From positions 248,001-312,000 of the forward strand of contig JAYWIR010000068.1 in assembly GCA_036172245.1 (NCBI GenBank): a DNA stretch of 64,000 nt, read 5' to 3'. The DNA comes from Raillietiella orientalis. Its lineage: Eukaryota. A program made the position numbers and the translations under genes. Each line of letters begins with the position of its first letter. Positions within the stretch are counted from its first letter, which is position 1. Under the pieces are notes generated by a model, which saw only the letters and a program-made list of their open reading frames with translations, was not told the origin of the DNA and did no database searches. Positions 31,385 through 59,061 of this stretch are shown here, piece after piece.

Positions 31385-32955
31385 CGCGGCGGACCGGTGT
31401 TTCCTCCTTCCGCCACGCTTTCTCGTCCCCGCCGACGAGTTTCGGGAAGTTCCGGCAGAGATCAGATCGGGCTGCAGGCCATGCGGCGGGCAAGGGAGGG
31501 GTCGCTCTCGAAATTTCGCACAGGGTGAGACACAGGGGAGGGGGAGAAAGGGGGGAGGTGAAAAAGAGAGGATCGTCCACCGCGAGTGCGGGTGCCTCGT
31601 TGCCACGGCGACGCCTTGTTTTCTCTCGCTTCCAACAATGGCGGTCGCCTTTGAGGGTTTCGGCGGCACCGTCGGCGAATCTCCGGCTGGACCCGACCTG
31701 CCTCCTTCGCTCTGCGTGTGACCGACCTCTTTTCCCGCTCCTCTCCTCCCGCTGCTCCGGAAGCATCTCCGCTTTAGAAGATCCTCAGCGACCGTGAGAT
31801 CTCCCTTCCTCCCGTGCCTGGACCGCCCGACCGCTTCTTGTTTCCTCGAGGGTTTCCCCACACGGCTTCCCATCGCCAAAAAAAGCGCATCGCCATTACC
31901 AAACTCGTGCACATGCTTGATTCTACGAAGATAATGTTTCGTTGTTCAGTGCGGATGATGGATCGTGGAATGATACAAACTTGTGGAAGACTTGCCAAAG
32001 AACAAGAAAACGAAAGTGAAGGCGGAAAGGTATACTGGCTCACGAAAGACACCGCGATGAAAAACGAAAAGAAACTTTGTAAGCGTGTTTCCAAGAAATG
32101 TGCATCCCCTGGTTTGCAACAGAGGGGACTGCTATCAAAGCATCAGCCTAGAAATTCCCATGCTCCCTACACTGCAGAGAATTGAGGGTGCCATCTAATA
32201 CCCCATAAAAAGACGTATTCTCTGATTGTTTCTCATCGACTTGTGTTTAATTTCGGAGCATTCGAAATTTGTTTTCAAACTACCGAAGTCTGATAAGTAA
32301 ATTAAATAACATACCATGCTCTCATAACACAGCTTCCTTCACCTTCCTTGAAGCTAAAACAATAAATATGTCTGTGAGATAGGAAATGTACAATACCATA
32401 ATAGACAAACAGTTTAAAATGTAATCAGTTGAGCGTTTAAAGTTTTTTATCCTCGCATCTACACATGTAGAAAGTAAATGAGTGATTCTATATAGATACA
32501 AGTACATGTATCTAGTCATCGAGTTGTGTTTTATTTAACATGGCTCCAATTTGTTGCATCGCAAGTCGAGCTATGATTTGGAACGTGATGCCATCAAATA
32601 AATTAGATAAACAACTTTGGTTATGATTCTAAAGGGATCATACGAATTCTTGGGAGGAATCAAGGTTTGATGTAGGTGAAACAGTTTTTTTTTAAAGCAC
32701 ACATGCTTATTATATCCATAAATTATTATAAACCTAAATAAATGAGAACATATATATTATGCTTCTTTCCTGTATTTTTTCGAAGATGAATGAATGAGAA
32801 GGAATTGGAAATTTTGTTTTTACTGAAGGGGATGAATTTCCCACAACGAAAATACATCGATTTAAGGAAGCGACTTCTGCCAGCCCTGAAGTTGTTATCC
32901 ATGTTTGCACGGTTCGCGGACTTAATGCGTACTTCGCATCCCGGCGGTTTGCAAC

Positions 32956-41868
<8,913 letters not shown>

Positions 41869-41883
41869 CAACTGTAGACATTC

Positions 41884-41913
41884 AATAAACGATTGAAGAT
41901 AAATCAATTTATT
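41884..41913. terminator. Back-to-back polyadenylation signals of the convergent U2AF2 and PKA-C genes
   Basis: Plus-strand AATAAA at 41884-41889, just after the U2AF2 stop. Minus-strand AATAAA at 41908-41913. Confidence 0.7.
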
Positions 41914-42039
41914 TATGACGTAATATCGAGGCATATTAGTTAGTGTAACAGTAGGAAAAATTCCTAGGCAGAACACTGAAGTGATGCAAAGAACAACATG
42001 TAATCGGATCTGCATTCGGGATAAAAATGCTCCCCGTCA

Positions 42040-46066
<4,027 letters not shown>

Positions 46067-46639
46067 AATATAACACTACATATATTTTATATTTTTTTTT
46101 TTTTACAAAAACATAAACATTGCAGCTTTTATAACTTCACAAAGGCACTTTATAATGTAAGTGTTTTTGAAATGACATACGATGGACATGTTAGTAAAAT
46201 GGCATACTTGCTCTACTAGAAAAAAAAAAAAGAAAAAAGAAAAAGGAAAAGAAAAACGATAGGGGAAGAAAGGAAACACATATGACAACAGCAATAAAAT
46301 CAAAAGTAACGAAAATTTGCTTCATTGCTGTTTCAAGTTGCGATACCCGGGGCATGTACGTTACAAACTGCAACTTGTACCGAAATTACACAATGTATGT
46401 CTCACAAATCTATCACAGTTTTCACGAACGAATTAATATCTTCATTATCGTTTTTTTTTTTTTTTTTTTTCCTTTCCCGGGTAAAAGCCTTTACCGAAAA
46501 ATTGCATATATTTCTGGCAACAACGGATCGAAAAACTGCATAAACATTTCGTTTACACAGCCCAAAATAAGATTCTCTATATATTTACTGCCTGAACGAC
46601 TCAGCATAAATTCAATTGCTTCACAAACTGCATCTTACT

Positions 46640-47870
46640 GGGAGGAGGAGGAGGAGGAGGAGGAGGAGGAGGAGGGAGGGAGGGAGGGAGGGGGGGAGGG
46701 AGGGAGGAAAGGAAAGAAAGAAATGCACTCGGGGAACGAAAGAAATGTGTACAACGAAACGGCGTCGTGACGGAGTGTACAAGAGCTGCACGTACCACGA
46801 TCGCAATGGCAACTCGATGAACTACGAAGTTTTTGTACGTGCACGGATCGGATTCTTTGTAAATGGACGCGGAGCATAAAAAACGGAACACACACAACGA
46901 GCAAATCTTCCAGAATTTCGGAACCGCTCCGATAAATGATTTTCCGATTCATCATCACAAGTGCTAATGGAGAATTTCAAGTCCGTGAGAATGCTCTTTG
47001 TACACCGTCGTGTGTTTATTTTCCTTTGTGAAGCGCAGTTGACATTGCTCTTCGTTTCGAGAAGAGTTCACGGTGTGTCCTGAACGAAGCAATCAATAGC
47101 TGCAGGTCGGAATACTTTTATTAGTTTTATAAGACATGGATTTTGCAGCAATCCGTTCCGAGGGTTCGTGGGGATCGAAACTATCGTAGGCTTTTTTTTT
47201 TCTTTTTTTTTTTCTTCTCCCTCTCTCCCTCCTCCTCCTCTTCCCCCCCCCCTTCTTCTTCTTCTTCTTCTTCTTCTTCTTCTTCTTCTCCTTCCCCCCT
47301 TTCCCCCCGTGCAAGGCGCGTGTGCAGAAAGGCCGTCTCGGGCACGCATGCAACGAAATAAGTAGATAAAAAAAATGCCACGGGCTATCGTTACTGATCT
47401 GCCCCTCCACGTTTTCGAAGGAATAGAGCGGAAAGCGACGCGGCGCTCCCGAGACAGAGTCGCGCTTTCTGGCGTGCGCGTTGCGGGCAAAAGTGGCAAT
47501 GCTGAAAGGAGGCTGCTCCGACGCGCAACGAGCGCACGGTGGACCAAACTTGGAGCACCACGATGGCAGCAGCTTGCCATGGGTCCACGCCAACCACACC
47601 GAAGTAGATGCTGCAAATCTGATTCCGCGGTTTTTGCAGTTTCCTCCCCGCCCCCCCCCCCCCCCGGGAAAGACCCGAGTTTAAGGCGAGGTGCTGGGGT
47701 TTCCCTCCTCCTCCGCCACGTACACACACACACACACACCACTCCCTCCCCCATGCAGTAATTTCAGTGCACTTTCAGCTGCCGTTCTCCCATCCACCAA
47801 CACGTGCGCGGCGCGGGCGGAGCCACCACCACCACCACCACCACCACCACCGCCGCCGCCGCCGCCACCT
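46640..47870. repeat. Cluster of simple repeats: (GGA)n, (CTT)n, (CA)n, (CCA)n/(CCG)n
   Basis: Runs at about 46641-46710, 47252-47290, 47722-47739 and 47823-47869. Confidence 0.9.
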
Positions 47871-49844
47871 AAATCATAAATCACTTCTACTAGCGCGAGC
47901 TTTCAGAATATTTCATTCAAACTTCAATTTCGAGTGGTTCCAAACATCTTTCAAGTCGCATAACGCTCCCATCCATTCTATGATAATGATGATGAAAGGG
48001 AAAAGAGAGAGAGAGAGGGGGGAGGGAGAGCAGGATGGATTACATGAATGACGTCTCTAAAACCCATAGAAACTCGGCACTTTCGGTTCGGCTTGCACTT
48101 ATGGTTTAATAGACGTCGCTTCATTCGGCTCTCTGCATATTTTTCCCATCCTTTCGGAATTTTTCTTCTCGGGACACCCTGGCAACGTGTTCCGCTGTCT
48201 TTACCGGCCCGTTCGCGCCCACTCTTCAATTCTCGTACACATGTACAAACGGCTGAACCACGTCTTGGCTCCGCAGAGGTAATCAGATTGAAACGGACGC
48301 CAGCATTGCGCATACGCGATCTTGCGGATGCTGTTTGTCTCGAGCACGGAGATGGCCTCGGGAGAGATTGCGAGTACGCTGAAGCTGGAAAAAAAGTGTG
48401 CAAACTGAGCTCCCCCAAACAAGAAAACCAAACAGAAATCTCCCAAGCATCTTTGCCTACATGCGCCTGGACAATCATCCCCCTTTAGAAGAAGAGGAAG
48501 AAGAAGAAGAAGAAGCGAAAAAACTCCGACCGAAGCACTGCACAACTCGTTCGGATGAATGAGACTTGGCGTATATAACATTTATTTGTTTGGGATCCAC
48601 GATAATCTCGGGATTTCCACCGGGGAGACGAAGCAATAGAAAGGAAGACGCGACTGTGGAAGGAAACTTCATTTTGTCGCAAAGCTACAAAATGGGGTTC
48701 GGAACTCGAGAAATCCGGGGATCGGCTTGCGCTGCCGTCGTCATGTAAAGAGGAGGAAAGGACCACATTTCTGAAAGCTCCTCTGCAGGTTCGGGGGCTT
48801 TTCCTTTTTTTTTTTTTTTTTTGGCAAAGAACCGAAGGTTAATGCATTACTTACAAAGGTAAATTAGAGGAAAACGCGGGGAACACGCATTTGGAACACT
48901 TCACAGTCTGAACAAGATTTGCCGCTCAGGAATCCCAAGTTCCGACTCGGGGAACGAGTCCAGCCACTCCAATTCGGATAGAGGGAACCCTCGAGGAAGG
49001 CACAAAAACGTCAGGGAGCTTCCCCAAAAGTCCAAATCCACAGCTCGCCTCGGAAAACGACCTTTCCCTAAAGATCTACGCCGGGACTCGGCTAAAAAGG
49101 ACAAAGCCTCCGCAAGTCCGAAAGGAGTCCGAGCGTGGGCGTACATTCTCGTCGGGATTGTGTGGTCGGTTGCTGCTGCCTGCTGCTGCTTGCTACAGAT
49201 CCCACGATTCCTTGCTTGCGATACTCCGTGGTCCGTGGTGGGGGTGCCGCGGAAATGCAGATCCCGTGTCGCTTGCCCTCCTCTTCCCTCACATGACCCG
49301 GAAGGCGGCAGCCACCGGGCAGAAGCTTAAGAGTTGGGATTACTGTGCACTGCTGTCCAACAGCTCGGTTGGGTTCACTGAAACGCGGTGCTGCTTCAGC
49401 CTTGTGAAAATGTATCCTTTTGGAATGTCAGATTCGGCATTGTTCTCTACAGGTTGTGACACCAGAACCGAATTGACTTGCAAATGCGGCAATTACATGC
49501 TACGAGACTTCCCGGTTCGTAAGTGAGCGTCCTGCACTTTTCCTCTTGCACAGACACACCAGGGCAGATAAACAGCTGATAGCGAGAGCAAATTGCACGT
49601 CGGATTGGCAGATCTTTTTGGTATCAGGTTCAGGCTTAAAAAGTCCAGATAAACGACGAGCAAAGATCTTTCTTAACAGAGTGGCGACAACGAAATGTCC
49701 ACCTTGTTATTACCAGTGGAATCAGGCTGAAGAATGAATTTTACGACGACACGTTTATCTTCACCGAGCACAATGCTTCTTCACGTTCAGGAAATGATTT
49801 GGTTTTACAAATTACGATTGCATTTTTTTTTTTCTTTCCTCCCT

Positions 49845-49887
<43 letters not shown>

Positions 49888-52800
49888 AATTTTGCAATGA
49901 CTGCAACGTCGACAGACAGTCGGGCAGGGAGAGCAGTGGACTGAACAAAGCAGGATGTTTATACTGCATCCGTGGAACGGACAGCAAACGATGCATTCCT
50001 ACGCTGCGAGCTCCAGACGAGCATTCTGCAGAGCCGCCGTCACGTGAGACGGCAATCCTGAGGTGGCCAGGAGGTTGCCATGCAACGTGTTCCGGAGAAC
50101 CTTTGAACGAATAAATGAAACCAGCCGACGCGGACGCGAATGCACTTTTGCACAAGATGCACGGCGTTCTGCGAAGGATGAAAAGAAAAGCACCGACTCA
50201 GTGGCACGAAGCACGGAGCCTATATTGGACTTTCCCGTAAAGGGAAATTTCATTGGCTGCTATCAGAATGTCGCGCTCGCTGGGGCATGGCAGAGGGGAA
50301 AAAGAAAGTGATGGAACATTCACTTGAAGGCAGGAAAGAGTGTGCGCTCGAAAACTTTACGCAGCTGAGACATGCATCTTATACGGAGCTGTCTCGAAGA
50401 GCCCGCAGTTGTTTCCCGAAGTCACAAGAGAGACAGATGACAGGCAAAAATCAAAGAGTCAAGTAGGTGCACTCGGTAAGGCGTGTAAAAGATAGTGCAA
50501 GAAAAGAGAACGTTCGGCGAATTGTGTGTCGCTTCTGTCCCGATTACTGCTTCAGATGCAATGAAGGACGCGCCCAACATCATCTCAACTCGTTAAAAGA
50601 ACAGTAAGGCGAAGCAGAGACGAAACGAAAAAGAAAATCGAGGGAAACCTTAGTATCGATGTCGACAACGCGTCATCGAGATGCATCAGCAACACATTCC
50701 AAAGTGCCAGCCTAAAATCCAGTACCCACGAAGTGGGGAAACCAGTTCAGTGCTTCAGGAGTTCCCATCGAAAAGTGACCGAATGCCTTCAGCCGTTCAG
50801 CTTCCGGTAGAAGGAAACATCCGGGTGTGCGTCGGCCAGATTTCTTGCATAAGCTGTACGCTGAACTGCCTGAAGGTTGTGCTCGGACGATGCACAGAAC
50901 TGCATAGTCTCTGCAGGACCATAACCGATGTGAGGAAGAAGCAACGGCGAATCAAGATGGAGTCTCCAAGATGCTGGCATGCCATGACAAAAAGGCGCCT
51001 CGAGCAACAGGAAGGAAGCAGGCACAACATGACACCGAACCGTCTGGTCCTGGGAGAACCCAATACTGGATCGGCTCAAACGCGAATTTCGCACATTTTC
51101 GGGCGACACGGGCAGTGCAATACGAGACTGCAGACCAAAAGGAAAGCACTTCAAAAGTCGGAAGAGACGCGGAAACGGGATTGGAATTCCAAGCACCGAG
51201 TCTGGAGACGCGATCCACCAAACACTGGCAGGGGGGGGGGGGGGGTCCCCATTCGAAATGCAGCCGTGGAATTCGGATGATAGTTGGTAAACACATCGGC
51301 TCGCGAAAGATGGGGCATATTGCAGCAGCCGTAAAATTCGGTGACGGAATCGAGCGGCCTGGAAAGAGCACGCGCCTCATACCGATGCGGACAGAATCCT
51401 TAAGCAATTACTCGCGATGCCGATGGCCGTCTTATTCGTGGCGTACGTCGCCATCATCCTGCAAACGGCTCGACGGTCCGGGCGCTTCCCGTTAATGGCG
51501 GCAGCAGTTCGACAAAAAAGCGGACCACAAAGGTCGCGACGGTTTCCGGACAAGTGAAATCAGAAGGCCGTTCGATGTTAGCCCAAAGGCAGAGAGGTGA
51601 AGGAAGTCAGCATTTGGGCGGGGAGAGCTCGCAATATAGTGAAAAGCGGAAAAGGCTAAAAACAGCAGGACGGTCAAGTCGGGATGCGCCGGAACAAGTC
51701 CCCCCCGAAAATGAAGTGCAACCGGTTGTTCATCAGGCATTTTGTTTGAAAGGAAAGGTAAACAGCAAGCCCTCGAAAGAGTAAGAGGAAAAACAAGCAA
51801 GCCAAGGCGGCGAATCGAGACAAGTCTTGGGCCGGAAAAAAAAAAAGATTGATGCGAAGGAGACACAGGAAATGCAAAATAGGCTGGAAGCGGACGCAAA
51901 GCAATATGCAAAGAAATATTCACTTTGCTTTGACATGGAATGCGAATACCCAGCGAGATGAGCTGTTGTGGTTGCATGCTTTACACGGTGATAAAGTGGC
52001 CGCACAGCTGAAAGATCATTCCGTGAACAACCTCACATAATCATAACGTACAGCTACAAGGATACGATACGTAAAGTTACAGGAATCACGATATAGAGTG
52101 CGGCTATCACCGCAAGATTCAAGCAGTAGAAGCTGGAAAAAACAACAACAACAAAATCTTAGAAGGAACGCTGAAGGAAAGCTCCGTATTCCTGTCCTGG
52201 AAGTTAAGAGGACCGCGCACCTTTGAGCTCGGATTCGAGCTCACACGTTTATAAAACAAATGAGAAACTTTGGAAATCAACACGACGAGCTAATCCAAGA
52301 AATAAGGAGGGGGGGGGAGAGACAGAGACCCATTTCCAACTGGCTTCCAAAAAAGAGTCCGAAGAGCGCAGTGGGCACGGAAGTCGGAAAAGCTCCGGAA
52401 CGCAGCCTCCTCGCTTTCGAAAAGGCAAAGATGCCGAGAGGCAAAATACATATGCTGAGGGCATTTCGAAATCTCGCTCTGAAAGAAACGCGCCTCGATT
52501 TCTCGCTTCGGATTTGAAATTGAAAGTTCCCAAAAAGGAAAATTCCTCTTTCTCATACATGGAAAGACTTCTCAGGGGGGGTAACACGTGTACGCGCAAT
52601 CTCAGGAAGACGGCTTCTTCGTCCCGGGCTGGGAAGGCGAAATGCTTTGAAACAGACGCTGCAAAAACAGACGCACAAGAACAAAGGATGATGTGATGCA
52701 TCAAGTGAGCACAAACTCGGAATTTAGTTCAAGAAGGAAAAAGGGAATTCATTCCGTGGGGAGCGTGAAGGCATCGATCGACTTCCCTTCATTACTTTAA

Positions 52801-54765
52801 TAACTGTTATCTCGAGCTTAAGAAAATCCGACGGATTAAAAAATTGCGAGCCGCTGAGGATGCATCGCTACAGTTGCAGTTACACGGATGCTGTGGAAAG
52901 CAAATTCGCAAGCAGATTTCAGATAGATTTGGGGAGTCGTAGTACAACTTAGGAGTAAAGGGAAGCTGAGCGAAACGCGGTGTTGGAAACGGGAAGGAAA
53001 GTTTTCTCCAGAACACTTGAGACGATGTGGGGAAGGTAATCCGGAGGATGCGTGGAAGATAAGCATCCGGAAAGTAGCTGAAATGCAACCGAAAGTCATG
53101 CGGATCGTTCGAATGCCCCAAAGTTTTTGCTGGAAGTGAGTTTCTAATAGAGGACTTCCAAACCATCGATCGCAGCAGCTGCGTACGACTTGGAATCAAC
53201 GACCATTTCGAATCGACGACCCAAGGAAACCAGAAGCGGAAATATGCATCCCACACGGACAAGAAAAGCATAAAGAAAAGCAAAAAAAAAAAAAAAAGGA
53301 AGAAGAAGCAAAAGAAACAAAAAAAAAAAAACGACATCCTGAAGATTACTTTGATGCTGCAGAGATGCCAGCTGATAATCCACCGCGACCGCCTTGAAAA
53401 TTCGACAGAGGACAGTCGTGGGCTAAAATCTGTTGTAGCAATCCAAGGAAAGGATGGATCGAAATCCGTATAGATCTGCTCCTCCCCAATGCATTAAGGG
53501 ACACCAAAGCCTGATGTCCAGCCTGATGTCTTCAACCTTTGGAACTTGCATCAAAACAGAGCGGCAAACGGCAGTGCACCGAGCAGCATGGATATCTTAC
53601 CGGTTCGGAACCCCAACATATTGCATCAATAAGGAAGGGGCTTACGTACGGAAGGGAAAAAGACCTCTAATCTTCGAAAAGCAGTCTTTCCAGGGAGAGC
53701 TTAGGTGTTTCTTTTGCACCTTCAACGGGAAGCGATCGAGTAGACAAAGGGCTAGGGAAAATGAACTGGGGTGGTAGCGGCCAGGCAAAAGTTGGGAAAT
53801 AACCAAGCTGAACAATTTGAAGTACAGTGAGTCATCACCAAAAGATTTCTGCACAAGCAAAGATGGAAACTGCCATTGGAAAATGCAGCGAAAAAGAGTG
53901 CATAGTGAGTGTGTACACTGAGCACGAATAGGTGACCCAATCGTGCCACTGGGAAATGATCCTTTCTCAAGTTCTCTTCTGTAAGGAGGGCCTGCCGGTG
54001 AGCAGCAATTGCACGCAGACGCACAACGATGACACCGACGTATTACAAAGCGTATAACATCTTGATTGGTACACAATGACACGATGCGCAATGTACTAAG
54101 GGTCGAAAATCCAATCCACAAGAAATGAGTCAGAATTAACAGTGATTCTCTTAGCATTCAGCCGTTGTCTTCAAGGAAGGCTGATCCGAAACAAGCAGGA
54201 AGAATTTTCGCAAATGTACAGCCGAAGCGTGTACAAGCAGGAAAAATGCCTCAGCGGAGGTTTCTACGAGAACCGTGGCAACCACGCTTGCATCGAAAAC
54301 AAAACAACGGACTGTTTCCTGCAAAAGAAATCCCAACAGCTGTGCTCTTCTGGGGTGTTTCATATGGAACATCGTAAAGCGTACGATGTCATAGTTACTG
54401 CACGTAAAGTGTGTTTTGGCGCATGTACAAGTCTATGCACTAGGTGTATCGGGCAAAGCAAACCAAACAGATACTGCATTACCGAACGTATCGAGATAGT
54501 TCCACCTTCAGTGCTTCAATTCTAATTAAGTGTAATGCGATTCTAATTTTTGCAGACCGAGCTCCCTACGATCGTACGTAAGTACGCACGGCCTGTACAC
54601 CCGCCATTTGTACGACGATTTCCCATTCCAGTTCTCCATCGGAAAGGAAGAGCGAACAATGTCACCTTTTCTGTGATGTAAAAGCATAATATTTTATAGA
54701 GCATTCCTTTTTGACGGGAGCTGTAGAAATGTTCGGTATGGCACGCAGGAAACTCCGCCACAGCA

Positions 54766-54826
54766 GATGGGAAACCGCTGAGCCGTTCAGCAAAAGGCTC
54801 AGCGGTTCGCTCAACGGTTCCCCATC
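54766..54826 (-). repeat. Inverted repeat with a duplicated arm in a PKA-C intron
   Basis: 54773-54784 pairs perfectly with 54796-54807. Alternatively, 54766-54783 pairs with 54809-54826 (two G-U pairs on the minus strand). Confidence 0.75.
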
Positions 54827-57800
54827 ATTTAATGGCTTCACCGGAAAAAGATGAAGAGAGCATCATCAGTGCTTCCGTGTGGGAACGAAGTCCGATGAAG
54901 ACGTGGTGGAATTGAGGGCTACTTCGCGTTTGAAGTTTGTAAGAACTGCAGACGTTGTCGGCTGAAAGCGGACTTGAGATCTGTGGGTTTTCTGATCGGT
55001 TTCCCTCTGGAATGCCGACGCGAAGACATCTGCGAAACCCACACTCTTCATTCGTTCGAGGAACACTCTCATCCACACAGAGCCACTTGCGACGTTCTTT
55101 CCCAGAAAGGAAACACGAACCTTTTACGGAGGACCTTCACGCTAGGGCAATTTTACATTAGCACAGCAACAACAGTCTTTTAGAATATGGGGGAGAGGAA
55201 GGGGTATTTTCTATCGTTTTGCATTTTCAGACACGAAATTTTCGGTCAAAGGCTTCCCATGCGAAGACTCGAGTCTAAAGAGGCCGTCCACTCGAATGTT
55301 GGGAGAAAAAGTTGGCTAAGCGCCGAGGAAACATTCTGCCCACAGCATCATCCAAGATAACAACTCGAATCGGGATGGATGTCTGCTCAGGCAGCTCAGT
55401 GATAAGCACCTAAATTATTACTTTGCGATTGCATCTGTGTGTGCGATTGCATTTTGAAGTGTTTTGTTTATTCGTCCGTCCGTCCGCTATCAAGCCGTCG
55501 ACATTTTCTGTAACACGGAAATCACTTTTCGACCGCGTGAGAGATCGCGTGATGTGCAGCCCAAGGATGTGGCACGGGACGCGGCACGGATGATCCCGGA
55601 GGGCACCGTTGCGTCTGTGGAGGTGCAGGCGTGGCGTTCGGGCGGATGAGGTTTCTTTTCCGCCGTTGACCGTCGGGTCAGGGAGAGTGTCCCTTCTGGA
55701 ACCTGCAGCTTGCGCGCGCTCGACACGGTGGCTGTGGCGTAACGCACCTCATCGGCAAATTTGGTGGCCCAAGCGGTGGCGGTGCTTTCCAAAGGAGGGA
55801 AAATGCAACTGCTCTGCGTGGAAGGAAGCACTTCTTTCTACCATCTTCGACGGGAAACGCAAAAAATGAAAACGACCCCCATTCACTTAGCGAAGCAGCG
55901 ACCAGTCGTTTACTCGCACGAGATGCGGAATCGCGGTTTAAACCCACTCTGAATCCATGGTTTCGCATGCAAAAGTCCCCCCGAATGTTTTCTGTTTGCC
56001 CAGAGGAACCAGCAGAGGCTTACTTGGAAAGTGACACTTTCTATATTGGGATCAGACTAAGTATAGACATTGTAGAAAACATCGCTATTTCGAAAGTTTC
56101 AATGCAAGCTGTATATTCACGCATCCTATCATTTAATGGCTTCACCGGGAAAGACCGTTTCTGTATGACAAGGAAGGCTTTCCTCCCTGAAGTTTGGTCT
56201 CGAAGAGGCAGGGCAAGAAAAAAAAAAAAAACTTCGATCCTGGCGAAGAGAGATGAAGATACATGCAAACTTGTTAGCGGTGGAAAGCACACGCTAAGCA
56301 CACATTCGCGAGTTCCCTTTATGGCTGCTGCTCCTAAGTATTTGCAGTTTGACGTTCAAGTCGGAATGAGAATCAAATCAAGGTAGTCGGTTTATCTGAA
56401 CATGATCCAAGGATTTGGGAGCGATCATACCGACGAGTTACTGAAAGCTTTTGGCGGGGAGATTACGGTGCGGTCCAGGCGGAAGGATCTCGCGAACGGA
56501 GCTGTACAGATTCAGAGACAAAAGGATTGGCGGCAACTTTCTGTGAAGCTGCATGGAGCCTCCGAAGCTTCCCCGCTATCTTGAAAGAAAAGAGCGGTCT
56601 CCAATGCCACTTATGATGATCGCGTGAATAACGATTATGATTACGGACGACTCCAGCAGCACGTCTCAAAGCAACTTGAAAACACACACACACACAAAAA
56701 CACGTTTTCCTCAAAATTCCCTTTTCACGTATCAAAACACACACACACACGCGCACACAAAAGCGACACATTGAATTATGTTGCTTGGGGCACAATTTCG
56801 TACATGCCATGCTCAGAATCGTTCGGAAGTGGAACTCGGAGTTTTCTCTCCGTATCGAATTCCGGTTGAATCGATTTGAAATGAGCCAAAAACATATTCA
56901 CAGTGTGTTCTTCAGAGATGGGAACTGCGCACGCATTCTAACCGGACTCGCACGCAACTGATACAATGTTCACGCGTTGAGAACGAAGCAGGACTCTGGG
57001 GAACAGGGATAAAAAAAAAAAAAGAAAAAAAAAAACTCGTGAAAATTTACATGCAGATTGCTTCCAAAGGAATTACGGCTATGAGATCGAACATCTTCGA
57101 CGAACCGCCTCGTTAATTCCCGACGCGAAACGAAAACGGAGGCGGCAAGTGCAATGCGTTTTCCCGCTGTTGCTTCCTTCCTGTGGGATCGAAAGGAGAA
57201 AAAGGATCGATCCCCCCCCCCAAAAAAAAACAAAAAAACAAAAAACAAAAACAAATGATGTGCTGCCTGCGCAATCAAAGATAAGCCTCATGTGATGTTT
57301 CCTTCCGTTTGAGCCGATCCCGAAAGAAGGCTGCTCTCCCGACTGGCCTCTTGGCTTTACCGCTGCTCATACCCCTGGAGAACGAACCCAAGAGAAAACC
57401 GAAACCGTGGCGGATAGGTGTGGTCAGGCAAAAGGAAAAACAACAACAACAAAAAAAAAGTGCCCACTTCTTCGATTGCATCCTTAGTTGAACGTACAGA
57501 GCAGGGCACGTCAGTAAGGATTCACACGCCGTGTACCGATCAGCGTACACCACAGCGACAAACGGTGGCAGTCAGATGACAAACGAGTCCTAGCACATCC
57601 TTTCAAAGACGTGCCTCGGGGCATGAAGTTTCCTTTGCATGCACTCTGTCATCCGTTCCATCATCCAACGTTAGCAAGGAAAACAGAAAACCCAAAGTCA
57701 GAACCGCCGATGCATCACACGCTTCCGCAGGTACCGTCGACCATCATGTAGAAGTTCGTGACCGGCGTTTCTCTCGGAAAGAGTCTCCTCCGCTTTTTTT

Positions 57801-58653
57801 TTCTTCTTTTTCTCCTTCCCCATTTGGATCCTCGATCTTTGCTGCTTACCCACCTTTCCTTCAGATATTACGACGACGCCGACGAGCACCGGCTGCGGAG
57901 GAGGACGAAAAGCAGGAGCACGGGGCCTTTGGAAAATGACGAAAACGGCACGGCAGGACGTGAGCTTCCAAGAGCTGAGGCGGAGGAGGAGATGCGCCAC
58001 AGCAACCACTTCGGCCGAAGAGAGGATGCTGCAGCGCACCGGGAGATGAACCCAGGAAGACTGCAAAGCCCGCGGACTTGCGGATGGCCAAACGTTCGAC
58101 GGCAGCGTGCGGGAACCGTCCTGAATTCTCTCGAATCGGAAATTCGTCCCGGCTCCACGATCTCCATAGCACTGCATCTGCCTCCGTCTATGCGGCATGC
58201 AATCTTATCATCCCTATTAATGAATTCACGTGCGAACCAAAGTGGCAATAGAGATCTCAATCGGAAAACTCATAAATTGGAAACCATTTCGAAAAAAAAA
58301 AAAAACGCCACTATCAAGAACAGTTGCTGAGTGGAAGACGCTTTTCTCTCTCTCTCTCTCTCTCTCTCTCCAAATACCCATACCGGAAAAACAACAAGAA
58401 AAGAAGCCATTCGAGTTGTGTACGTTTACGTGCGACCGCTTCATCCCAGGAACGTACACATATGGATGTTTGCAAGACTTTTACGAGTGCTGGTGCTACG
58501 TACGTTATCCAGGTTTTACATTATGGATGTGTATATGCAAGCAGCCTAGAATGGTCGGTTATTCAAAAAATGTGAAAGCGATGCTCGCCAAGAGACCTTT
58601 CCGCGTAAATGCAATGTAAATAAAATGACAAGTACAGTGGATTTATTTATTTA

Positions 58654-58687
<34 letters not shown>

Positions 58688-59030
58688 TTCCCCTCAAAGG
58701 CAAGTGAGTTATCCCAGTTTTGTTTTATTTCTGTTTCGATCTGTTCCCCTTAATTTGTTCAATTAGCTGTGTGGTCCGCCTCCGGGCAACGGAAATTGCA
58801 GGACAGATTCCTGGCAGCGCACAGAGTGACCGCCAGCAGGGCGCGAAGGCGGGCGGGAAGAAGGCATCTCTCAGCCTTCATGGCGGAGATTTGAAAATCA
58901 GACAAAATCAAAGCAATAAAATGCACAAAGCTTTCGAATTGTACGTTTTTATTTCTTTCGTGCACGAGAGCCCTAACGCTTGGAAAGAGTCTCCCTCTGA
59001 CATGATGTCAACCTGTGGTTAGAGGAAGTA

Positions 59031-59061
<31 letters not shown>

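Noticed and set aside
48849..48910. Minus-strand GTAAGT donor as an extra PKA first exon
   Set aside because: The phase-1 frame has an upstream stop and no ATG.
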